From contig NC_068983.1 of NCBI RefSeq assembly GCF_001194135.2, forward strand, positions 123,450,173-123,502,534: DNA of 52,362 bases, in the 5' to 3' direction. This document shows, piece after piece, positions 12,061 to 22,479 of the stretch. This DNA comes from Octopus bimaculoides. Its lineage: Eukaryota. Made by a program: the position numbers and the translations under genes. The notes under the pieces are model-generated. The model was not told the origin of the DNA and did no database searches. It was given only the letters and a program-made list of their open reading frames with translations. The stretch's first letter is position 1; every line of letters begins with the position of its first letter.

Positions 12061-12244
12061 CTGTGCGTATGCGTGCACGGACACATATACAAGTATACAT
12101 ATATTCAAATGTACACATTTCACATATGCTACACACATACACACAAATGTATGTGTGCTTCTGTTTGAGTGAAAGAGAAAAATTAGTTCTGACTCTATCA
12201 CATTTTTGTATATGAGTATGCACGTACACACATACACACAAGTA

Positions 12245-12318
<74 letters not shown>

Positions 12319-13650
12319 NNNNNNNNNNNNNNNNNNNNNNNNNNNNNNNNNNNNNNNNNNNNNNNNNNNNNNNNNNNNNNNNNNNNNNNNNNNNNNNNNN
12401 NNNNNNNNNNNNNNNNNNNNNNNNNNNNNNNNNNNNNNNNNNNNNNNNNNNNNNNNNNNNNNNNNNNNNNNNNNNNNNNNNNNNNNNNNNNNNNNNNNNN
12501 NNNNNNNNNNNNNNNNNNNNNNNNNNNNNNNNNNNNNNNNNNNNNNNNNNNNNNNNNNNNNNNNNNNNNNNNNNNNNNNNNNNNNNNNNNNNNNNNNNNN
12601 NNNNNNNNNNNNNNNNNNNNNNNNNNNNNNNNNNNNNNNNNNNNNNNNNNNNNNNNNNNNNNNNNNNNNNNNNNNNNNNNNNNNNNNNNNNNNNNNNNNN
12701 NNNNNNNNNNNNNNNNNNNNNNNNNNNNNNNNNNNNNNNNNNNNNNNNNNNNNNNNNNNNNNNNNNNNNNNNNNNNNNNNNNNNNNNNNNNNNNNNNNNN
12801 NNNNNNNNNNNNNNNNNNNNNNNNNNNNNNNNNNNNNNNNNNNNNNNNNNNNNNNNNNNNNNNNNNNNNNNNNNNNNNNNNNNNNNNNNNNNNNNNNNNN
12901 NNNNNNNNNNNNNNNNNNNNNNNNNNNNNNNNNNNNNNNNNNNNNNNNNNNNNNNNNNNNNNNNNNNNNNNNNNNNNNNNNNNNNNNNNNNNNNNNNNNN
13001 NNNNNNNNNNNNNNNNNNNNNNNNNNNNNNNNNNNNNNNNNNNNNNNNNNNNNNNNNNNNNNNNNNNNNNNNNNNNNNNNNNNNNNTGTGTGTGTAAATA
13101 ATGCGCTCCTGAAAGTCTGGCCGTAACGTGGAATTCCGTATTGCAAAATAAATTTTCCTATTGATTTTCATATTATCAAGTGAGATTGCGTTCCTACGGA
13201 CTTTACTGAAGAAAAAAAAAAAAAAGGAAGCACAAGAGAAGAAGAGAACAAACATGATCACCTTTATACATGAAAATAGCTATTCTTAAGAGCATACAGT
13301 TCATTGTAGATTCATAAAACATTTCAAGAATCATAATATCGCTAAAGTACGTTCTTGCTGTAAAAGATGTTGGCTACTGTGTGAGGGATAACTGTGAAAT
13401 GAGCGTTACAAGAAGGATGAGGGATAACATCTTATAGTTTATTATCACAAACATCAGCTTGACGAGTGGTGAACTCACCCAAAGTTATTTGTTGTTTATG
13501 ACTCATCATCTCTTTGCACAGTTCAGTATAGGAACTGATATCATTATAAACTCCTCTTGTAATTTTTATGTTATGTTCATAATTAGGATTATTATCAGCG
13601 AAAACTTGCGGGCCTTCCTTTATGTGTCAACCTTTTAACAATAATTTTTA

Positions 13651-14510
13651 TCTATACTATATATAAAACAGAGATGTGTGTGTAATCGCTTTTCACGTGA
13701 AATCGACTTCACCAAATGCTTCCATACTTGTAATGCATGAATAATTTGACCTCGGATAAATCTTAGGCTCTTCATTTGACTTTTTTAATTAAAAATAAAT
13801 AATATTGCTTTATATTTAAGATTCATTTCTTTAGAAAGGTTCCTCAATGTCAACTTCCGGTATTGACGTAACAACCGCAAAAAGCTTCACTCTCTATTTT
13901 ATGTGTTCGTGTGTATGAGAGACAGAGAGAGAGAGAGAGAGAGTAAATACTACATACACACCGCTCTCTCACTCTGTCTCACACACATACACACGCACAC
14001 ACACACCCCTTGACTCACTCACACTCTGTCTCTTACAAACACACACATACATAAATGTATACAAACATATTTACAAAGACACACGTGTGTATGCGCGCGC
14101 GCGTGCNNNNNNNNNNNNNNNNNNNNNNNNNNNNNNNNNNNNNNNNNNNNNNNNNNNNNNNNNNNNNNNNNNNNNNNNNNNNNNNNNNNNNNNNNNNNNN
14201 NNNNNNNNNNNNNNNNGGGGGGGGGGGTTCCAGAATCGCCATTTATTTCAATTACTCTTCTGAGGATATTCACGTAAATCATTTCTTTCATTTAATCCCC
14301 ATTTTAATTTTCGTAAAATTTTCAAAGTACCAATGAGGCTTTTTGGCACATCTTCAATTTTCCCCATTCATGAGAGGCGCCCAGCCATCATTCATCTGAG
14401 AGTCCATCTACAGAATGTCCTCAAATTTCTATACAGCATATTTTGCCTTTTTTTCTTCAAGTATATAAGCAACAATTTCATTCCCGTGCAACGCCGGGTG
14501 CCTCGGTTAG
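13651..14510 (+). mobile_element. Non-autonomous Helitron (about 860 bp including an N gap)
   Basis: Starts A|TCTATACTATATATAAAA and ends with hairpin CCCG-TGCAACGC-CGGG (14483-14498) then TTAG|T, a CTRR-like terminus. Inserted between A and T with no TSD. Confidence 0.8.
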
Positions 14511-14511
14511 T

Positions 14512-14682
14512 GTTCTATATTTTTGAGGTGAGGAATTCTGTATATTATTTACATTATTTGCATTGGCCGGATATGTGTCCTCATTTTGTTTGTTGTTACC
14601 ACAACGTTTCGGCTGATTTACTCTCCAGCCTTCATCAAGTGTCCTGGTAGAATTTTGAACCCAACCCTGGGTTCTCATTCCT
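14512..14682 (-). mobile_element. Inverted Penelope-like terminal repeat (pLTR) carrying a hammerhead-like motif
   Basis: Reverse complement of 15372-15480 and 36010-36165. An inverted terminal repeat at the 5' side is typical of truncated Penelope insertions. Confidence 0.85.
14598..14643 (-). ncRNA. Minimal type I hammerhead ribozyme-like motif (C3 to U)
   Basis: Reverse strand GACAC-TTGATGA-A-GGCTG-GAGAGTAAAT-CAGCC-GAAAC-GTT-GTGGT; palindromic AACGTT in place of helix III. Confidence 0.65.
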
Positions 14683-14701
14683 ACTATCCACTCCAATTAG
14701 G

Positions 14702-15127
14702 AAGAGGAGAGAGGATGAAACCCATAAACTGACCACAGTCTGTCTACCCTATGTGAAAGGCCTCTCGGAAAAAACACAAAAGATATGTGGTCCATATGAC
14801 ATCAGGGTGGTATTCAAGAGTAGTACAACACTTGGCAGATGTCTCCTTCGAGTAAAACCACCAATAGAAGAGAATATGACCAAAGACTGCGTGTACTCCG
14901 TCCCATGCAGTTGTGGTAGGTGATACAAAGGCGAAACATGTCGCCCATTCAAAATAAGGGTAGAGGAACTTCGTAAAGTTGTGACACGAGGAGATGTTGA
15001 AAAATCGGATGTAACTGATCATGTATGGAAAAGCGAAGACCACCTTCCCCTTTGGGATGAAGTTAAAATAATAGACAGAGAACACCACTGGAAAATACGA
15101 AAACTAAAAGAGCAGCACATATGCTAG
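14702..15127 (+). pseudogene. Penelope-like element ORF C-terminus: GIY-YIG endonuclease with one in-frame stop
   Basis: TVCLPYVKGLSEKTQKICGPYDIRVVFKSSTTLGRCLLRVKPPIEENMTKDCVYSVPCSCGR*YKGETCRPFKIRVEE...DHVW...LWDEVKIIDREHHWKIRKLKE. Confidence 0.9.
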
Positions 15128-15254
15128 GACACAATAACCTCCTAAGCAGACCTAGTGCAGATATAAGTAGCATATGGGAACCGGTAGTAAGGAAAGATAC
15201 AAAAATATTAGGTTTATAAGCCCTAAAATACACTCTATAATTGCCCACGGGCAT

Positions 15255-15480
15255 ATAGCGTAATGGTTAAGAGCGCGGGTTGCTAACCTCCAAGACTGCG
15301 AATTCAATTCCAAGCAGTACCGTGAAAAAAAAAATAATAATGATAACAACAACATCTATAAACAAACACCTTAGGAATAAGAACCCAACCCTGGGACACC
15401 TGATGAAGGTGTAAATCAGCCGAAACGTTGTGGTAACAATAAACAAGATGAGGACACATATCCGTCCAATGTAAATAATA
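15255..15480 (+). mobile_element. tRNA-like Pol III head, (AAT)n tract and Penelope pLTR with hammerhead motif, at the 3' end of the Penelope ORF
   Basis: Box A TAGCGTAATGG and diverged box B ATTCAATTCC; GACAC-CTGATGA...CAGCC-GAAAC-GTT-GTGGT at 15395-15434. Confidence 0.8.
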
Positions 15481-15489
15481 ATTTTTATA

Positions 15490-17500
15490 GTCAATTTAAG
15501 TGGTGTAGGTGGAACTTCCGTTGCTTCCTCTGTATTCCCAGGTTTTTTTCCTTTTTAACCAGCACCAGCTCCTTGTTAGATAAACATTTTCTCTCTGGGC
15601 CACTAGCAACTCAATCACGTCATCCTCTATGGCTTCTTCAAATCCTACATCATTTGCGAGTGTCACAATATCTATCCGAATTTGATGTAGACTTTCTGTT
15701 GGAGGAAAACTTGTAATGTCACATATAATGTAATGATAATGTAATGATACATATACTTTTCCAAGAAGTATTCAAAGTTGAAGGTTTCACTTCATCACAT
15801 GACTCAGCTATATTCATCACATGACTCAGCTATATTCATCACATGACTCATTTTGTTGAATTTCTTCTAGAAATCTCTAACTGTAGGTTTATCCTGCCTG
15901 TCAAATGCTTTCATAAGTTGTTTGAAAGTTCTTCTCATATAATATGCGTTGAAGTTAGCTATCATACCTTGAAACAAAGAAGTTTAATTCTTGGGAACAT
16001 AATTTACTCTCACATTATCAAGAAGGTCATCTCAGTCCGCTGGGTGGATCGATGCATTGCCTAAAAGAAGCAATGCTTTGTTGGAAATGTACTTTTCTGT
16101 GGCAGGACAAAAGACGTTTGTAAACCACTCTTTGCAAAGACTCTTAGACATCCATGCCTTCTTATTTGAACGCCAAATCAGAGGTGGATTAAACTTTGCG
16201 CAACCTTTGAAAGCTCTCCGATCAGTGGTTCACAAACTTTACAAAAAATTTACGTGCCGGTTTCCTTACCTGAAAATATGGGAATCAGTTGATCAATTGG
16301 TTACAAAGCAAATGAGAAACGAAAAATACCGACAGCACAGGCACGATCAACCGTTATCCCACATATTTTCTATCGGCCAATCACACTTGTACAACAAGTG
16401 CGATTAGCGAATGTGTTTGTGTAGGTGTGACGTGGGTTTTTGAGGACAACGACAATAAAGGATGATAGCATGCGAAAAATTGAAAGTCTTGAAAATTTTA
16501 AACTTAACTGTCTCAAGCTACCTTGTTTTCACGATACTTCAGTGTTCCTTCGTGGTACCCAGTTTGAGGATCATTGTCTTAGATTTTCGAAGTGATACAT
16601 GAATAAAGGGCTTTAATTTCAAATCATCAGCGGCGTTTCCTCCCAAAAGAAATGTCAGGTGATTTTTGGAAGCTTTAATTCCTGATGTTGATTTTTCTTA
16701 TCGGGAAATAATAGCTCAAGCAGGCATGCGTTTCCATTCAAGTGCAGTCTCGTCAACATTGTACACTTGCTCTGGTATGTAGCTCCACTTCAGCAATCAT
16801 TTTCTTCAACGGCTTAAGTTAATTAGTAGCAACCTCTGTATTAGTGCTCACAATTTCACCAGTCATTTTTATGCTATGCAAATTCATGCGCTTCTTAAAC
16901 ACTTCAAACCAGCTTCTACTAGCAAAAAAGGGTTTTTCATTAGAAGTTTCACGTTCAGTTTTCAATAAATCGTCATATAAACCTTTGACTTTTAATTACC
17001 ATCGTGTTTATCGGCGCATTACGCCAACTCTAATCCTCGATCTATACACTCAAGAATCGTTTCATTTTAAGCATTAAATTACATCTGTGGAAATGGAAAG
17101 TTAACGGAGTAGCTTCTTCAGCATTTGACATAATTTCTCTTTGTTGACACGGTTGCAAGATTTAATGTTTCGGCAAACTTAGTTTTATTTCCGCACCAAG
17201 TCTTTTTAAAGTATCATGTTTAATCCCTTTCCGGCTCCTTTTTGCACTATTACCTTCAGGTCTATTTGAGAGCTTCTTTCCAGACATCTCAAATTGAAAG
17301 CAAATCCAATAGCAGCGGTAATTAATGATCCACACTAAATATGAAATAGAAAAAAAAAAAAAAAGATTTACTTTGCGGGAACAGAAAATTGCTTTAATCC
17401 TATAGATGTAATAATAAAAATGAGATGAAAAGGTGACGAACTGAGGGAGAGAAAGTACTACATAATTACAGTTAGCTGAAAGGTCACCAGATTTTATAGG
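15490..17500 (-). mobile_element. Degenerate pogo/Tigger DNA transposon
   Basis: Reverse-strand fragments: MSGKKLSNRPEGNSAKRSRKGI (N-terminus), FFASRSWFEVFKKRMNLHSIKMTGE, YIPEQVYNVDETALEWKRMP, AWMSKSLCKEWF...KALLLLGNASIHP and VTLANDVGFEEAIEDDVIELL. Confidence 0.88.
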
Positions 17501-17834
17501 CAATTCGTCCCTTACGCTTCAAACTTAAGACATAAATACACACACATTCTCATATACAAACACTCATACTCGTGCACACATATGTTGTAGATAGTTCGAT
17601 TGAAAAGTTGATGGGTTGATAGTGATGATAAAACAAAACATACAAATCTACATGTATACATACATACAAAAATACCCTGTTGGCATTGTTGAAATTCCAG
17701 TGAAGGGGCCTTTGATCTAGGTTAGAAACTGGCTCTTTTTCTATTGGCAAGAAATCTTGAAATAAAACTGAATAATGACATACACACATACATACATGCA
17801 TACATACATACATACATACATACATAAACATTCA

Positions 17835-18165
17835 TACATTAACATGGTGGAGGACGAGGTTGATTTTGTTGAGCCTTTGTCTCTTATCGTTTGATTTCTT
17901 CCTTTTCTCTTTTGGTGGCTTCCGATGGTGATGGAACACCGAATCTTGGTACGGTCTCTGGCTCGTGTTTCAAACGACTTAGGCTCAATTCCAGTGGCTT
18001 TCAGTGTTGTTTTGAGTTGGTCCTTGTATCTTCGAAGAGGGCAAACCCCGTAGTCTTTTCCCTGAAGTGAACTCACTGAATAAGACTTGGCTACCTTGAA
18101 GTCTAAAATTGTGCTTTTTTTGAGGGAGCTTGCGTTGTCGTGCCTCCACTGCTGTTATATCATCA
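17835..18165 (-). mobile_element. RTE-type LINE ORF2 C-terminal fragment
   Basis: Reverse strand QVLFSEFTSGKRLRG / PLRRYKDQLKTTLKATGIEPKSFETRARDR matches the ELxxGKRxxGRPxxRYKDxLK C-terminal motif. Confidence 0.75.
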
Positions 18166-18276
18166 GATATTTACTTGTCTACACATACACACACATTTAT
18201 ACCCAAGGATGTGCGTTCTATTGCAGTTCTTTAGTTTGTTTTACCCAACAGGCTTAGCTGTATAGTCATAAATGTA

Positions 18277-18420
18277 GCTGTGGCTGTGTAATAATAGATT
18301 TGCTTCCCAACTGTATCAACTCTCCAAGTTCAATCCCACTGCGAAATACCTTGGGCAAATGCCATTTACTAGCCTTGTAAGTGGATATGGCTGGCGGAAA
18401 CTAAAAGAAGCCCGTCGTAG
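18277..18420 (+). mobile_element. SINE family C, 5' part
   Basis: GTGGCTGTGTAA...TTTGCTTCCCAAC...GTTCAATCCCACTGCG...ACCTTGGGCAAATG...GGAAACTAAAAGAAGCCCGTCGTA. Confidence 0.7.
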
Positions 18421-19987
18421 TTAGCCTTCTCTCCCATACACGTGAGGTTCAATAACCTCCGGGGACAATGCATGTGGTATCACAGCGGGACAAAAGTCCG
18501 CTGTGAGCTCCTAGCTTCGAAGTGTCTTCTCGGCGTCAGCGTGAGAAGAGTATAGAGGGAAAATGTTGTCTTTCCTTAAATAATGGTTGCAGGCGAGATC
18601 TCGTTTTTGTCTCGCGTATGGTAATGGCTGCAGGTGAGATCTCGCAATTTGAAAATGGCGCTGGCTTCTTTGTGCCTCGCTAGAGAGTTTATTAAATTTT
18701 CATTAAATAAAAATAATTTCTGTTAACAGGTATCACACTGAAAACTATTAAATTACGAAGTGTTTGTTTTTATAATAAACTTTATTTTACATTTCTTGCC
18801 CACAAGAGATTATGTCCGATCTTTAGCATACTTTTGTATGTCTTATCAAATCATGATCACAAGAATAGTTGTTGATAATTCTTATCAACAAAAACAAAGC
18901 TGATAAATACGCACAGGTGTTGCAAAATAAGTTTAATTACCAATAAACATCTGCCTGGAAAACACTTTACTCAACCGACAGAGGAAGATAACCGATCAAA
19001 CTGATTGTGTAAACAGAATTCTGATTGGTTGAAAGTATCTACTTGTCTCAAGCTCTGGTTTTCTGCCTATTCTTATCGGAACCTTTGATGCGGAGTATCG
19101 AAATTTTAATCCCTTTCACTCTTACTGAAAGTTTGGTAACCCACTAAAATAAACATTAAAAATTGAAAGGAGAAAATAAACCGCTTTGCAAGTTTAATTC
19201 AGTGTTTATTGAACAAGGGAGGTGCGAAATTTAAGAAGCGACTTGTTAGAATATACAAGAATAGCAAAAATCTACTATACTAAAAGAACTGGTAATACAC
19301 GTGTTTTGTGATGAGAACATAAGCATAATTCATGAATGTGAAACGACATTAAACATCGTATAAGGTAAATGAAGGTTTCTGTAGGAACGCTAGGTCATAT
19401 TCACTTAGTGAGTTTACATGCGCAAGGATGAATTATGATGTTGTCGTCGGCGTTAGATGCAGTAAGAGCTGGTAGCAGCGATGTTGGCAGTGATGAATTT
19501 TATTGTTCTAACGCGGAGAAAGCGAGCATTAGCTTCCTGGAGGCAAACGCAAGCCAGACTTCTTAAGCGGAGAAAAACTGATCTATTTAAGGAAATTGCT
19601 GGGCTCCATTACAATAGGTAGAAATTCTAAGCAATGTATTATATAGCCCAGACTGTGATTACCAGCATGAACGTCAAACTTCAAAAAGTAGTTAACCATT
19701 TAATGGTTTTAGTAAATTTATACAGAAAAAGTAAGCATTATACTGTCCAGCATAAATAAAAGTCAGCTTCATTATATTTTTTTCTGTAAAAACCTATTCT
19801 AACATTAAATGAGCCAACTTCCGGTACGAATGTTTACATTATACGTCATTTTTCAACAAAGAAAATTCATTAAAAAAATTCTAAAAGAATGATCTACTCA
19901 TGTAATTTAGGCACTCCCTAAAGTTTATTTTTGTTTTTGCAAAAAAAGTGCGTAAATTACATGGGTTTTTACGGTATACATACAAAC

Positions 19988-20057
<70 letters not shown>

Positions 20058-22109
20058 GTAAATAAAGAGAGAGAGAGAGAGAGAAACAGAGAGAGGGTAC
20101 ATAGACATGCATGCATATACGTATGTGCGTGTGTGTGTATGAGTGTACTTTTAAAAACCATTTTTCTGGAAAAGTGAAATAACTCCAGCAATTCAGCTGG
20201 GAAAAGTATATTAATGTGCCAAATGGATTGTATGGATCCCGCAAATTATCTCGCTCTCTTGTTTAGCAGGTCTCTGATTAGATTCGAACCATCTCGCTCA
20301 GATTCCCAGTTTAGAACTACAGCCTAATTATGTTTCCCTTAAAGGCATGACCACCTCTGTAAACTTAATTATATCACCATAAAAGGCATGAATGCCAACT
20401 TAATTTTACACTCAGTTTCGGATGGTATGTAACGTGTAAGACCGGTGGACTTTACAGAAAGATTATGTGAATTCCGGCCAGATTGTATTTTCAAAGGTTC
20501 TAGAAACTTTGCTCGAGATTATAAAAAACTGGAGTATTAAACTCCAAAACGGTCATCTCAGGTGCTACATAAAACTTTTCAAGAAAAGGTGTTATCATTT
20601 TCTTCTACTTGCTTTGCATAATATACTTTGTATATCATGTTTGGCAAAGATATGATCATCCTTAGGCTCTAATGCTGACATACATATCTGAACACATACA
20701 AATATCTTTCTTTACAATAATTTACCTAATTCTGTTTATAATAACTATGAACAATTATCATATAGCAGTATCAACTAAAACATCATGTCTATTATATGCA
20801 GAATAGACCTTTAAGTATCACATACGCGATAACGCGTCTTTCCTTTTAATACAATTAAATCATTGTGTATATATGAGATACAACTGTTTAAAAGAATAAA
20901 TATAAAGGAAATGCGAAACATTTATTGGGGGATCATTCATGTTTAAGAACACAACTACTTGCCTCTACCCTTATCAACGTACACTGACCAGCTCAATACT
21001 TCTGTTACTTTAATGTCATCAACATAACTATTGTTGAGCGTGGTGGCTGAATATTTTTGACAATACTTGACAACATTATCAAAAAACTATGTATATAAAG
21101 GTGAAGTATATTTGCCACTTAAATCTGGCTGAATCCTAAGGGTGGATGTTACTGTTGCTTTTAGCCCCAGGAGAACATCTCCTCCAGCTGGCTATTGACA
21201 CACATCTGTGTCCTGTCTGTATTTGCAAAGGGAAGTCATCCTTCCCATCTTGATCTGCGATACGTACGGATTCGAGTTTCTGGGTATTTACCCGTCCACA
21301 GCGTACGACAATCGCCGACCTTCGATGCGAAAGATATCCCGATGCAAATACATATATCCATAAATATATTTGTCGATACATATATGTGTATGTGCATGTA
21401 CATATGTACGCGCGCGCGCGCACGTACGATAAAGAACAAAGAGATGATACCGGAAAGAACAAAGGTTATGTAAAGAAAGTCATTAGCTTACAGCTGTTTA
21501 TGCTACAAAATGCGGTGGACTCGACTCTTAGTCGAGTACCACTTTTGGACAGAATTTTCAATAGACTTTCAACGTAGACATTCTCACTCGTAACATTGTA
21601 CGTTCTGTAAAAGTAATTTTCCCAAATAAAGTGCACTTCATATTCAAGGCTCCGATGAAGCTATAAGATATTATCCAGTTACTCAACTAAGATTCCATCG
21701 CATCTTAGCAGAAACAGTTGTAGGCTAATAAAGTTAATTAGATAACCTTTTCTTTGATCATGCGTCATCGAGAATTGACTCGAAACTAAACAACAACAAT
21801 ACAGTTAACAAGAAGAATATGCCCACCACCACTAATAACAACAATACTCCCACCATCACCGTCAAACTCATCACCAACAACAAAATCAATAAAACCAACA
21901 TCATCACCATCACTACCGACCCACTCATTTCCGAATAACCAACTGGCGACAACAATAATAGCATCAGGGCGAAATCAATGTCTGTAACTACATACGTTGT
22001 ATGTCAAGACAGCACGCGTACCTGCATGTGACTATAGTGCGGAGATTTTATGACTTCGTAAGGAGTGAAATGCTCATGAACCTAATAACCATTCAACTTA
22101 CTGTAATCC

Positions 22110-22460
22110 TACAGTACTCCATCTCCATCTTTTCATCGTTTCATTTCAATTTTTACATAGGAATAAGACAACAATTTTTTGCTCTCACAAAGCAATTTTT
22201 TCTTGATGCTATTTCTTTTACTACATATTTGTGGTGTATAAATTTTGATCGCCGGTGCTATTGGACTTATCTACAATTCAAGATGTTCGGAAAGAAGCCA
22301 TCAAGTAGAACTAGAGGTAATCCTGCTAAACGAAAATGCAAAAGGATTACACTAGATATTATACTTAATATTTTAAAAGGCTTGACGCGAAAGAAAATGT
22401 CGTCTACATTGCCCAAACAAGTGAGAATACGGAAATTCCAACAACTACACTTTCGTTGAC
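22110..22460 (+). mobile_element. pogo/Tigger 5' fragment related to 17150-17500
   Basis: MFGKKPSSRTRGNPAKRKCKRITLDIILNIL is homologous to MSGKKLSNRPEGNSAKRSRKGI, and the upstream non-coding sequence is also similar. Confidence 0.7.
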
Positions 22461-22479
22461 TGCAAATAAAATTACTAAA

